From a virus (taxonomy: Duplodnaviria > Caudoviricetes), in the IMG/VR virus record IMGVR_UViG_3300030329_003932, positions 1 through 37,908 of that record: a stretch of DNA of 37,908 bases; one strand, given 5' to 3'. Numbering within the stretch: position 1 is the stretch's first letter; the number at the start of each line of letters is the position of its first letter. Under the pieces are notes generated by a model, which worked only from the letters and a program-made list of their open reading frames with translations, was not told where the DNA came from and ran no database searches. This document shows, piece by piece, positions 1 to 10,441 of the stretch. The position numbers were made by a program, and so were the translations under genes.

Positions 1-953
1 CCTGCATTTAATATAAGCTGACCAGTATTAGTATGCTCATTACCAGCTAATTCAATATAAGCACCTCTTGATTGTGAAACATCACCACCGCCACCAATTC
101 TTGTTCGTCTATTGTCAGAAGCATCATCTGATGTTTGATATATGTCAAAGTTTGTAGAATTGCCTTTTATACTACCTGCGAATGTGGCTTGACCAGTTGA
201 TGTATCAATGACCACCATATCTGGATTATTTGAACTTCCTATTGAAACATCTCTATCACCTTCACCTCTTAAATGAACCTTGCCACTAGAATTATATATA
301 CCACCAAGAAGAGTTGTGTTTGAATAAAGTCTAAATCCAGCCTTACTATCAGATTCAGCCGTTACTGTTACTCCCCCTGCAAATGTGGCATTTCCCGCAT
401 TTAATTGTAAAACGCCACTATTACTATTGTCCCCCAGTTTGGTAATGTTTGAACTATCTACAGCAAGAATTGATTTTGAAGTTCCACTTGTATTGTTAAA
501 ATTTATTGATTTATTATTACTTAAATTTATATTACCTGCGAATGTAGCATTTTGAGCATCGTCTAATCTTAATACACGAACATCTTCTGTATGAAAATCA
601 ATGTGGTCTGTTTGAAATCGAATATATGTGTCAGTATCTTCTGTGTGTTTAATGTATTCTGGAACAAATACATCACCACCAAATGTAGCATTTTGGGAAG
701 TATCAAGATGTAATGCTTGTGTTGTACTAGAGCCAGTATAGAAATATATTGCTTCATTATCTGAAAGCATCATTCTTACACCACCTGAACCTTTTAAGTC
801 TATCTGACCATCTGTAAATGCAAGGTAAGTTCCTGTGTCATCATTATGATATAACTTATTTGGTATACCTAAATCACCAGTTAGTGTACCACCAGAGGTA
901 GATAAACCTAAGTCACTATCACCTGCTAATATTACTTTTTTCCAGGTAGCCAT
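1..953 (-). CDS. Long tail fibre / receptor-binding protein, N-terminal part (runs off window start)
   Basis: Not in the ORF track. ATG at 953 (MATWKKVILAGDSDLG...) opens a frame with no stop to position 1. G/S/T/N-rich with recurring (N/Q)ATF(A/G)G motifs; GGAG SD upstream. Confidence 0.8.
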   Translation of the reverse strand, partial: MATWKKVILAGDSDLGLSTSGGTLTGDLGIPNKLYHNDDTGTYLAFTDGQIDLKGSGGVRMMLSDNEAIYFYTGSSTTQALHLDTSQNATFGGDVFVPEYIKHTEDTDTYIRFQTDHIDFHTEDVRVLRLDDAQNATFAGNINLSNNKSINFNNTSGTSKSILAVDSSNITKLGDNSNSGVLQLNAGNATFAGGVTVTAESDSKAGFRLYSNTTLLGGIYNSSGKVHLRGEGDRDVSIGSSNNPDMVVIDTSTGQATFAGSIKGNSTNFDIYQTSDDASDNRRTRIGGGGDVSQSRGAYIELAGNEHTNTGQLILNA

Positions 954-957
954 CTAA

Positions 958-1107
958 CTATTCTCCTTTTGACGATTCTTTTTCAAATGCATTCTGAATC
1001 CTAATAAGTAATTTTCCCAACTGGGGTGCATCTTTACCTCTTATAGTTACACTTTCTAATGCCTGGATAAGTAGAAATAAATCTTCACCTTTTAAATCAA
1101 GCTTCAA
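958..1107 (-). CDS. Small hypothetical protein (49 aa), tail region
   Basis: Hand-translated TTG-start ORF MKLDLKGEDLFLLIQALESVTIRGKDAPQLGKLLIRIQNAFEKESSKGE; fills the gap between flanking genes. Confidence 0.65.
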   Translation of the reverse strand: MKLDLKGEDLFLLIQALESVTIRGKDAPQLGKLLIRIQNAFEKESSKGE

Positions 1108-1288
1108 GTTTATCCCTATGTATAGCGCTTAGTTTTTTAATTACCTGGGAACAGGTTTCAATCTCTGTCCCATCAAACTGACTCCTTAAAATAAGCTTTA
1201 GTAAGAAGTCAGTTTCTTTCATGGTTAATCCATTATCCTGGTTAACACTTTGGACCTTATTTGCTGCCCCTTTTATAATTTTACTCAT
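1097..1288 (-). CDS. Small hypothetical protein (63 aa), tail region
   Basis: ORF track; start overlaps the stop of the upstream gene. Confidence 0.65.
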   Translation of the reverse strand: MSKIIKGAANKVQSVNQDNGLTMKETDFLLKLILRSQFDGTEIETCSQVIKKLSAIHRDKLEA

Positions 1289-2229
1289 TAAGCAGTCCTA
1301 ACGTATAACACTCCAGAAATGTTTTGTAGATGACCCACAGGAACTTTTGTACTATCTGAATCAAAGCTACTATCTCTTCTCACCAACATTACATCACCTG
1401 TATATGTAGGAGTTGATGTTAAATCCGCTTCATTATTTGTTCCTATACACCACCTATCATCACCTTCATCCCAGTAAAATAAAGCATTGTGACCATCTCC
1501 ACCTCTTTCAACAATAATTCCAGCATCTACATCAGCAGTCGCAGTTTTATCACTATTTAGTATTAAGGTATTATCAGCAATCTCTAATGTTTCAGTTGTC
1601 GTAGTCACCGTTGAGCCTGAAACCGTTAAGTCACCTGCTATTGTAACATCAGCACCTGAAAGAGTAATCGCTGTTGCTGAACTTGATTTTATATCATTAC
1701 CAGTAACAGTAAGGTCTCCTGCTACTGTAACATCTGCTCCACTTGTAGTTACAGCTACTGTGCCATCACTTGCCTTAATGTCATTACCACCAAGTGTTAA
1801 ATCCAGGACACTAAAGTTTTTAGCAGCATCTCCGTTTATTCCTGCATAGGTACTATCGTGATTATGAGCCTTCGCAGCAATTCCTGCATCAGATAATGTC
1901 TTATTTTCCCATCTGGAATCCCCAGAATCGTAACTAAGAACATCTAAATTTGCTAAACTAGATTCTACAACATCCGTTACATCATTTAATGCTACTGATG
2001 TAACATTGCTTGTCCAGGAAAAACTTCCATCTCCATCCGATTGTAATACCTGACCAGATGTACCATTGTCTGCTACATTCAATGCTGAAGCATCAACTAC
2101 ATTATTATCTATTGTAAATGAATTACTTGATACTGTTATATCACCATAATCTGCATCTACCAGACCTGCTGACTTTTGTGCTATCGTTCCTGAAGCATTT
2201 TCAACAACGACCTTATTCCATGTTGCCAT
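1288..2229 (-). CDS. Tail fibre-like virion protein
   Basis: 313 aa, G/S/T/D-rich, internal repeats GNDIKxS and SGADVT(V/I)AGDLTV; N-terminus MATWNKV resembles that of the 953 gene. Confidence 0.7.
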   Translation of the reverse strand: MATWNKVVVENASGTIAQKSAGLVDADYGDITVSSNSFTIDNNVVDASALNVADNGTSGQVLQSDGDGSFSWTSNVTSVALNDVTDVVESSLANLDVLSYDSGDSRWENKTLSDAGIAAKAHNHDSTYAGINGDAAKNFSVLDLTLGGNDIKASDGTVAVTTSGADVTVAGDLTVTGNDIKSSSATAITLSGADVTIAGDLTVSGSTVTTTTETLEIADNTLILNSDKTATADVDAGIIVERGGDGHNALFYWDEGDDRWCIGTNNEADLTSTPTYTGDVMLVRRDSSFDSDSTKVPVGHLQNISGVLYVRTA

Positions 2230-2230
2230 A

Positions 2231-2815
2231 TTAAACTCCTATGTTTAATTCACCGTCAATGACAATCAAATCTCCAGCCGTTGGATTCGAAGGTTCATTT
2301 CCGCTTGTTATGTTCTGGAACCGAATTGTCCCGTCTTCTTTTGCTGTCATTAGGTCCGTAGACCCTTTTTGAAGGGTAACATCTGTTGCCCCTAATTTTA
2401 CATTTCCCTTAGTTCCATCCCCTCTTTTCATAGAACTATTAGTCGCATCCATAACCATGTCATCATATCCCTGCGCCTGAAACGTCACAGTTGATTTCGT
2501 AACAATCGGCTTTAAAAAATTAACAGAACCATCACTATTAACAGAAAGTACGTCATGGGTATCACCACTAATTTGCTCCATTAATGTAAGTTTTTCCGCT
2601 TTTACACTTCCATACACCGTTAGATTTGCACCTTGATGTAAGTTTGATGTACCAACCTGGACCGCAGTAGTACTAAGATATAATCGTGAGCCTACACCCT
2701 CGCCATCAAAAACCTGCTTAACAGAAGATTCTAATCCCTGGTTTGTCGTATCGCTAGAAACAGTTAAAAGGTCCTTGTATGTTTCCGAAGGTTTTTTATT
2801 TAATAATGATGCCAT
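2231..2815 (-). CDS. Putative virion/tail protein
   Basis: 194 aa, beta-rich composition, located in the tail module. Confidence 0.55.
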   Translation of the reverse strand: MASLLNKKPSETYKDLLTVSSDTTNQGLESSVKQVFDGEGVGSRLYLSTTAVQVGTSNLHQGANLTVYGSVKAEKLTLMEQISGDTHDVLSVNSDGSVNFLKPIVTKSTVTFQAQGYDDMVMDATNSSMKRGDGTKGNVKLGATDVTLQKGSTDLMTAKEDGTIRFQNITSGNEPSNPTAGDLIVIDGELNIGV

Positions 2816-2866
2816 AGTTTCTCAAATTTCTAATTTTTTGCAGAAGTATTAAACCACATAAGCATA

Positions 2867-5800
2867 TTAATACCCTAATTTTGTTTCAAAGGCTTCATCT
2901 TGCGCTTTCTCAAAAGCCTTAATCCTTGCTTTGTATTCTTTATCATCTATGTGACCCTTATTGTAGTAACTGTCTAGATAGTTATAATATTTTAGTCGAA
3001 CATTATTATCGTAATAGTCTCGCCTCATATTTCTTTCATAGTCATATAGAATTCTAGATTCTGATTTTTCATCAAATTTGCCATAGAAATTTCTAACAAA
3101 AGGAGCCTTGGCCCAGTCTGTATCACCTTCAACTGCATCTTGCACGGTGCTGACAGTTCTGAAAATAGTTTTACCTAATCCGCCACCTAGATAATCAACC
3201 CAATACTCATACAATTCAGGGGACCAGTCACCAAATCCATCTAGTGGTCCACGAACTGCATGGTCAATACCACCATCTTCATTGTATCTAATCTTTCCAC
3301 CTACTGCTTTAAATACCCATTGAGACATATTTTTATATACATTTGGAGTCCTGGACCAGGCCTGTTCTACCTCTGCTTTTTCTGGTCCATAATAAGACTT
3401 AGGTTTTATTGGGCCACCATGGAATGCTTTATTATTAGACAGCTGTATAAGTGGGTCCCCTATAGTTGGTGATAAAACCTGGTCCCATGGTCCACTACCT
3501 AATGGGTTAAATGCACTATTCATCGCTTCTAGGAGCCTGGCAGTATGTCTCCAAGGCTCTAATGGCTTACCTTTCATTTTTGACCAGGTAACATCACCTG
3601 CAATATTACCAGCCACCTTAAATACATTTAATCCATAGGCCAATCTCATTTTAAAGTACTTATCGCCTGACCCATATCTAAAAATCATATTATTGTCTTT
3701 TTCCCAATCAGACAATTTTTCGTATTCATCATCGTCTTCACTTGCCATATTATTTAATATAGATTCAGTTAAACCCATTGCTGCAATTCCTGCTACAGCG
3801 CCCCTGGCTTTCTTTGAATTTTTCAATATGGCATATATTCTATGATTGCCTTGTAATCCTGCATTGGCAAATAAATAGGCACTATTTAAGAATGAACCAA
3901 ATTGACCTTTGCGGTTAAAATTAATAGTCACATTTTTAGCGCCACTTGCAGCTTGTTCTTCAGAGTATCCATGGTCTAATAAAGTCTTAAACAATGTAAG
4001 CCTTACCGCAGATTCTGTGGCTTCGTTCAAACTTTCTATGAAATTAAATACTGATTTTCCAGCAGTCTTGATGCCAATTCCCTTAGACTCTACGCGCTTT
4101 AAATCGACCTCTAATTTTTCTAATTTTGATTCAATACTTTCGTAATCAAAGAATCCTGTTTTACCCCCTGCCTTTCTCAGTTTTTCATATAATTGGGACC
4201 ATTCAGAATCGGTATCCTCATTTTGTACAATATTATATACACCTTTCCAGGCGTGGCCCAGGGCCTTGGGAGATAACGCCTGGGCCATTATAGTATCGCC
4301 TTGCTCCGCAGAGATAGCAAATCCAGCCATCTGAATATCTCTGATAAAATTGCTGAAAATAAAATTCGGGTCGGCTATAGTATTTACATACCTTAAATAA
4401 TTATTAAAAGATTGTAATACACTAATAGCTTTACTAGCCCCCATATTCAACATTGCACCTGCTATTCTTTTTCCCTGGGGACCTTTAAATATGATACGTT
4501 TTGTCTTGCCATCGACCTTAACATGAATCATTCTTTCTGGACCTACATAATCACCGTCCGAATCAATAACTTGTTGTTTCTCCTGCATATAAGAGATTTC
4601 GCCATTATGGTCATACATCGGTTTTTGTTGTACACCCATAACTTCTACAACGCTATCGTCTGGAAACATTTCAATAAGGTTTAATAGTCTCCTATTCACC
4701 AGGTTCTTTTCGGACCGCAACAATGCACCCTGGTGTTGCTCAATAGCAGATACTAAAATATTCTTTACTCTCCTGGTACTACCTTTGACCTTTTTACTTT
4801 CAGCACCTTTTACATCAAATTTTTGTGGACCACCACCTACTCTTTCTTTTATCTTTTCAGGGATACCTAATAATTTTTTCTGCCACCATTTTTTATCATC
4901 TAATATAGCTTCTGTTTCATCTAGCACCCTGAATAGTGGAACATAATTATCATACTTAGCTGTCATGTTATCAAAGTCTTCCTGGGTAATTAAACCATTC
5001 TCTAGTCTAATTTGTAAGGTCTTATCGATAACCTCTTCCCTGAATTCTTTCACAAACTTTCTAAGCTTCACCCTACCATATTTCTTATTAAACTTTTTCA
5101 ATAAAGTCTCAGCTATCTTATTGGTCATTCCACTACCACCATCTTCGAGGTCTTCATTGATTTCAGCTACGGCATCATTTCTTTCTTGGGCGTGTAAAGC
5201 GTGAAGGTATAGATTAAAATCTTCGGTTGTAATTCCACTATCAACAAGCCTTCTTAGGAAGCTATCGGGATTGTCTTTATCTATAATTTTTTTGTTAAAG
5301 TCTGATATCTTTTCTGATACCTTACCTACGAATAATTCAGATGCTAGGACAACATTTACATGGTCCCGTAAGCGCTTACCACCAAGCATTTGTTCCTCGG
5401 TATCCTTCTGCCATCTGACTAAAGGTCCCATAGAATCGAATAGAAAATCATGCGCGCTTTGCATGATAGTATCCGTACTTATATCAAGGGATTTTGTTTT
5501 TTCTTTTGCTTGGATTGCTGCATCTACTTCAGCAGCATAGTCGGGGTTTGGCTCTAGTTGGTAGCTTTTTCTTCGCTTGTCTGATTCTTTTGCGAAGGTG
5601 TCTTCGAGGTGTCGCTCAACCTTCGGCCCATAATGATTGTCGAGCCTTCCGAGTAGACTGGATGGGTGGGTTTTGCGAATGGCCTTTCTATACCGTTCAC
5701 CCTGATTGTTTTTCTTCCAGTTGTTTTTTGTTGCTTCATATTTACTTCCTATTGGTGTAATAGCACCAGGTAAATCTAAATCGATACCTAGTTCATTCCT

Positions 5801-8800
5801 AATTCTTTCTACAGCCACATCTAACGATGGCTCATGTATTTCATAATCTGACTGATTAACATTTGTGCCTACCATTAGTCCTGGCATACCATTATATGTT
5901 ACGCTTGTTGCCCCTGGTGTAAAATCTTTGTCTGTTTCTTCTCTTAAAATATCATATACAGCTTGCTGCATTTCTGGGTTTGATAATTCTTTATGGCTGT
6001 AAATCAAACCTAACCCTTTAAGATTAGGAGCCTTACTGATTAAACCCACTTCGCTTTGTTGAAATAAGATACCAATAGAATTCATCAATGCTTTTATAGC
6101 TTGGTTACTTCCTCTAACATTAATTGTAGCATTGGGTTCTGCTGGGTCATTATCCCAGATACCATACCCCTTACCTTTTACTGAGTTAACTTTTAAACCT
6201 AATTCTTCAGCTAACTCTGGGACCACATCCTGGACCACTCTATCTGTTAATGCAATTTTTTCCTTTTCTGGAAGACCATCAAACGCTTCTCCATACATAG
6301 CGCTATAAGGACTTTCGTCACCAAACCTTAATGCAAATGCTACTGTTGGTTTTTGTAAGCCAATAGCATCCTGGATTGATTGGCCTTCTGATGATTCAGA
6401 CATTCTGGCTATTGCGGTCCACCCGATAGCCTGGACTTGATGAGGTTTTAAGTTGCCACCCATATAACCCATCTCATTTAATGAGTTAGTAAGGTCATTC
6501 ATATACTTTAAAGCATACTCATATTGAGTATCGCTTGGTGAGGAATCCTTAGAGTCAAACCTTAATCTTTTAACTCTATCTTTATCGATTGCAAGTCTGC
6601 CAAGTATATTTTTAATTGCTGCATCAACAAAACCTGCATCTCTATATGTATGTCTATCAATTGCTACTGGCGCTAAACCTCTTTCATCATCTTGCATTAC
6701 GGTCCTGGTTAATTTTCCTAAAGCGCTATCCAGGAAATCATATAACTTAGCACCTGCGCCTTTTTCTGTTCGCAAACCTTGCAATGCTGTTTTAATATTT
6801 TTAGCTACTGATTTTGTACCTGCACTTTTAAATGATGGTAGTGCAGCTTTCAACTGCTCCATTCCCAGGAATGTATTTGATAGCGCTTGTTGAGGACTAG
6901 CCTGGACATTACCCAATAACCAGGCAACCATATAATTCACAGCTTCGTCTTGACCAAATTCCTCAACAAATGCAGGGTATGCATCTTCATACCAATTCAT
7001 TGCAAGTTCTATTTCGTCTTGGTCCAAGATACTCTCTACCTGGCGAATCCAATCTTCTGGAGTTTTATCCCTTCCAAGAATTATTACACCACCATTCTCA
7101 AGTTCAAATTCGACTCGATTATTATTCTGTCTACCAACCAAGGGTGTTTTTTCTCTACGGGCCACAGTAAGCCTTAATCTGTCTTTCTTTGCTTTTGTAT
7201 TCATCACATCAGGATAAATACCAACAGCCTTTTCTACTACACCTGGCTCTAACTGGTGAGATATGTTGGCATCATTAGGGTCAAAAGTTCCCTGGTTAAA
7301 TACTGATTTAATTTGATTGGGTTCAAAAACTTGATATGTAGTTCCTAAAAATTCTGTTTCTAGATTATTTCCAACTTCATTTATATTTTTTAATATTATT
7401 CCATCTGTTTTTTCAAATGTAATTTTCTGACCAGGGTTTCTGTCATCGTTAAATTCTTTTCCAACCTTATGCATTTCTGCTAATTGATGAATATTTGCCC
7501 ACTTGTAACCAGTCCACACTTTAAAATCTGCCCAGTTCAACCCTTTAGCATCATATACTGCTGGGTTTTTTAATGATAAATAAACTGGATACATTTGTGG
7601 ATTTGTTGCATTTAATCCAGATACCGCATATTCATTTGCAACTGTTGGATTACTAGTAAATGATAATTCTGGTCTATTTATTTCTGTATTAAACTCATCA
7701 AATGTTTGACCAGTCCCATGATAAACAACCAGGGGTTGGTTATTTTCATCTACGACCTTAGAATCTCCAAACCATTTTTTAAATTCTGGTGATTTTGTGT
7801 TTTCACCTGGGACCATTTGTTTGGTTTTCTTTTGTAGTTTTGTCTTTGTAGGATTCTTTGCAGTTGGCGGTGGCCTTTGTTTATCTTGGCCCATGGCTTC
7901 CCTCATTGCTAATTCCTCATTAACATTATCGCGAAAATAGCTATCAGCTTTTTTAACTCCGCCCTGGTCACTTTTCAAAATGTCAAAAACATTGGTCCCA
8001 TCGCTCATTTCACCGAAATTTGCTATAAATTCGTCTGCAAGGCGGTCTGGGATGTATGTTGCAGCCTGAAATTTTTCGTCTAGTCCTGTAAAGCCCCCTT
8101 TGTGGTATAGAATCGCATCAGAAAATAATTCGATGTTACCCTCGGCTGTATCGTCAAAACGAAGTTCTAGGCCCAATTCTGAAGCTTTTTTTCTGACGGA
8201 CCCCCACCAATTTTCAATTTTGGCTATTAAGGCTTGGTCTTCGGGTTTTTTTGAGTTTTGGAGCCTTCTAAGTCTGGCTTCGATTGTTTCTTCAAGAAGT
8301 GTGCTTCTATCCGCTGCGCTGGTGAGTCGTATATTGCCTTGAGAATCTGTCTCGCCTTTAAGGCTGACCGCGTAGTATCTTTTTCCATTTTCATCTGTCC
8401 TACTTACTGGTATGTTATTTAATTCAATATTGTATCCAGTCGCTATAATTTCATCTTCTGACATTTCCATAGCGCCATCATTTTCTTTATCGTACTCAAT
8501 ATTAAAATCATTAGCTTCGTCTTCAGTTATTTGTTGCGCCTGGGTTTCAACTGTTAGCTTTTCTTCAGGTGATACAATAGAACTGGTTTCAATTTCTTGC
8601 TGAGTGTCTACAAGACCACTTACAACATCTTTAATTTTTGGTGGAGCCTGAGTATCAACAGCATAATCAACACTTGCGCGTACTCCCTGCAAAGGAACCA
8701 ACCCTGCTGCTGTTTGCTTAAATGTTTCCCAGGCTTCGGCTGCCATATCTTCAAGTTGCCTTTGTGGAATATCACCTTCCAGGGCAACTGCTAATTCTTC

Positions 8801-9718
8801 TGTAATAAATTGGATTCCTAATTGTGCTTCTTCCTGCCCAATTTGGACAAAATAATCTGTACCATACTTACGATAATTCTCGCCTATCCATTTTGTTAAT
8901 GACTTTGTAATTGTATCGTTGGCTTTTTTCTGTACTGACTTTGGAATAAATTTTGATACTTGCGCTCTTTCAACTAATCCATAAAATAATCCGCCAACTG
9001 ATGCAAGGCCATAAGCTACATCTGGGTCCACTCCCCGTTTGATTAGGTTTCTCAACATCATGCCAGAACCCTGTTGTTGCCAGAATGCTGTTGTCCCTAC
9101 CGCTAATCCACTTGCGCCACTTAATGGGACCGTGACAAACTCATCAGGTATTACTGGGGTAACTGCCCCAACCGCTGCTGCACCAGTCATACCTGCTGCT
9201 GCATATGGAAGTCCTGCTTTAGTTCCAGCGTACATAGAACCTACTAAACCAGCTGAAGATAACAATACATACTCTAGCCAGTTATCTGCTAGAACTGGGT
9301 CGTTCTGATTGCGCTCTTCATATTCATCATAAATCTCATTTATTTCTTCCCAGGATGGATACCCTGGAACACCTGAATAGGACATCCATGACATAGCATC
9401 TAACTCACTAGCCCTTGCAGAGCGTTTTGTTTTGAGTACTATTTTCTCAAGTGTGCCTTTAGGTGGTCTTGGTGGCCCTTGCTTTGCAGCTTCCAGTCTT
9501 TGCTTTTCAGCCATGTCAGCTTCCAGGGCCTTAAATATTCTATCATCGGTCCACCCATCCTTCCGCAGTTTATTAATATTGGATAGGTCCTTGGTCCCTG
9601 GAAATTGGTCCTCTGGGACAACTGGATTGTTCTCTCCATAATTAATAACAGAATCAACCAGGGATTCTTCCTGGGTTTTTAGATATTCAAGTATCTCGGC
9701 TCTTTTCTTAGGGTCCAA
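2867..9718 (-). CDS. Large polyvalent internal virion/ejection protein (ART-PolyVal-like domain, glycosylase-like domain, C-terminal LPD38-like region)
   Basis: 2283 aa. Motifs FKKWFGDSKVVD..PLVVYHGT..YPVYLSLKNP..DGII..VFEPNQIKS (ART-PolyVal-like); WYEDAY..IDRH..QVQAIGW; C-terminal INFNRKG..YLFANAGLQG (LPD38-like). Position matches podovirus ejection proteins. Confidence 0.75.
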   Translation of the reverse strand: MDPKKRAEILEYLKTQEESLVDSVINYGENNPVVPEDQFPGTKDLSNINKLRKDGWTDDRIFKALEADMAEKQRLEAAKQGPPRPPKGTLEKIVLKTKRSARASELDAMSWMSYSGVPGYPSWEEINEIYDEYEERNQNDPVLADNWLEYVLLSSAGLVGSMYAGTKAGLPYAAAGMTGAAAVGAVTPVIPDEFVTVPLSGASGLAVGTTAFWQQQGSGMMLRNLIKRGVDPDVAYGLASVGGLFYGLVERAQVSKFIPKSVQKKANDTITKSLTKWIGENYRKYGTDYFVQIGQEEAQLGIQFITEELAVALEGDIPQRQLEDMAAEAWETFKQTAAGLVPLQGVRASVDYAVDTQAPPKIKDVVSGLVDTQQEIETSSIVSPEEKLTVETQAQQITEDEANDFNIEYDKENDGAMEMSEDEIIATGYNIELNNIPVSRTDENGKRYYAVSLKGETDSQGNIRLTSAADRSTLLEETIEARLRRLQNSKKPEDQALIAKIENWWGSVRKKASELGLELRFDDTAEGNIELFSDAILYHKGGFTGLDEKFQAATYIPDRLADEFIANFGEMSDGTNVFDILKSDQGGVKKADSYFRDNVNEELAMREAMGQDKQRPPPTAKNPTKTKLQKKTKQMVPGENTKSPEFKKWFGDSKVVDENNQPLVVYHGTGQTFDEFNTEINRPELSFTSNPTVANEYAVSGLNATNPQMYPVYLSLKNPAVYDAKGLNWADFKVWTGYKWANIHQLAEMHKVGKEFNDDRNPGQKITFEKTDGIILKNINEVGNNLETEFLGTTYQVFEPNQIKSVFNQGTFDPNDANISHQLEPGVVEKAVGIYPDVMNTKAKKDRLRLTVARREKTPLVGRQNNNRVEFELENGGVIILGRDKTPEDWIRQVESILDQDEIELAMNWYEDAYPAFVEEFGQDEAVNYMVAWLLGNVQASPQQALSNTFLGMEQLKAALPSFKSAGTKSVAKNIKTALQGLRTEKGAGAKLYDFLDSALGKLTRTVMQDDERGLAPVAIDRHTYRDAGFVDAAIKNILGRLAIDKDRVKRLRFDSKDSSPSDTQYEYALKYMNDLTNSLNEMGYMGGNLKPHQVQAIGWTAIARMSESSEGQSIQDAIGLQKPTVAFALRFGDESPYSAMYGEAFDGLPEKEKIALTDRVVQDVVPELAEELGLKVNSVKGKGYGIWDNDPAEPNATINVRGSNQAIKALMNSIGILFQQSEVGLISKAPNLKGLGLIYSHKELSNPEMQQAVYDILREETDKDFTPGATSVTYNGMPGLMVGTNVNQSDYEIHEPSLDVAVERIRNELGIDLDLPGAITPIGSKYEATKNNWKKNNQGERYRKAIRKTHPSSLLGRLDNHYGPKVERHLEDTFAKESDKRRKSYQLEPNPDYAAEVDAAIQAKEKTKSLDISTDTIMQSAHDFLFDSMGPLVRWQKDTEEQMLGGKRLRDHVNVVLASELFVGKVSEKISDFNKKIIDKDNPDSFLRRLVDSGITTEDFNLYLHALHAQERNDAVAEINEDLEDGGSGMTNKIAETLLKKFNKKYGRVKLRKFVKEFREEVIDKTLQIRLENGLITQEDFDNMTAKYDNYVPLFRVLDETEAILDDKKWWQKKLLGIPEKIKERVGGGPQKFDVKGAESKKVKGSTRRVKNILVSAIEQHQGALLRSEKNLVNRRLLNLIEMFPDDSVVEVMGVQQKPMYDHNGEISYMQEKQQVIDSDGDYVGPERMIHVKVDGKTKRIIFKGPQGKRIAGAMLNMGASKAISVLQSFNNYLRYVNTIADPNFIFSNFIRDIQMAGFAISAEQGDTIMAQALSPKALGHAWKGVYNIVQNEDTDSEWSQLYEKLRKAGGKTGFFDYESIESKLEKLEVDLKRVESKGIGIKTAGKSVFNFIESLNEATESAVRLTLFKTLLDHGYSEEQAASGAKNVTINFNRKGQFGSFLNSAYLFANAGLQGNHRIYAILKNSKKARGAVAGIAAMGLTESILNNMASEDDDEYEKLSDWEKDNNMIFRYGSGDKYFKMRLAYGLNVFKVAGNIAGDVTWSKMKGKPLEPWRHTARLLEAMNSAFNPLGSGPWDQVLSPTIGDPLIQLSNNKAFHGGPIKPKSYYGPEKAEVEQAWSRTPNVYKNMSQWVFKAVGGKIRYNEDGGIDHAVRGPLDGFGDWSPELYEYWVDYLGGGLGKTIFRTVSTVQDAVEGDTDWAKAPFVRNFYGKFDEKSESRILYDYERNMRRDYYDNNVRLKYYNYLDSYYNKGHIDDKEYKARIKAFEKAQDEAFETKLGY

Positions 9719-9721
9719 ACT

Positions 9722-10441
9722 TTACTTCCTACTTAAAATTTCATTTATTTTTTTCTTATCTATTCCCATCTGGGTCAGGAATTCAATACCCTCTTTAAGG
9801 CCGTATTTATCTGTTGCTGCATCCACCAGGTTCACTAGTTTATTATCCATCTCCATTTTCAGAATTGCTATTTCTTCCACCATGTCAGCACGTTCTTGTT
9901 TCCACCTATTTACAGTTGGATTATTTTGGTCTTTTACGTCTTCTATCCTTTTGGTTAGTTTATCAACGTCCCTTTGCAAAACATTTATTTCTTGATTTGA
10001 CCTTCTGACATCAACTGCAACCTGTCCAGCATCTAGTTTGATATCCTGCTTTCTTTTGATTTCAGCATTCCTTCTTTTGATTTCAGCATCTCTTGCAGCT
10101 TCTGCTTCTTTTTGCTGGTTTTGCAATGCAGTTTGGTCCTTCTTATCTTGCCACTCTTTGTCTTTTTTATACTGTTCTCTCAACTTAGCCTGGTGTATAG
10201 AGCGGTTTTGTTCAGTACTTTCATCCCTGGCTTCACTTGCAGTTCTTTCTGGGGATTCTTGTTCTAACCTCGCCTTTAATAACTTCTCGAGTTTTTTTCT
10301 TTTAGAAGCAGGCATACTATTCCACTTTTTATCCAATTCAGCCATCTCTTCTTCTGATGGTCCTGGTCCATATGTAGATGTTGTATAATTACCACCTTTA
10401 TTTTTTGCTACCTTTTTTTGAAGTGATTGTAAATAACTCAT
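9722..10441 (-). CDS. Putative internal virion (ejection) protein, coiled-coil
   Basis: 239 aa charged helical protein directly upstream of the giant protein. Confidence 0.55.
   Translation of the reverse strand: MSYLQSLQKKVAKNKGGNYTTSTYGPGPSEEEMAELDKKWNSMPASKRKKLEKLLKARLEQESPERTASEARDESTEQNRSIHQAKLREQYKKDKEWQDKKDQTALQNQQKEAEAARDAEIKRRNAEIKRKQDIKLDAGQVAVDVRRSNQEINVLQRDVDKLTKRIEDVKDQNNPTVNRWKQERADMVEEIAILKMEMDNKLVNLVDAATDKYGLKEGIEFLTQMGIDKKKINEILSRK

Noticed and set aside
1-953. Diversity-generating retroelement or invertible shufflon acting on the tail fibre
   Set aside because: No reverse transcriptase, no TR/VR pair, and no invertase with inverted crossover sites in the window.
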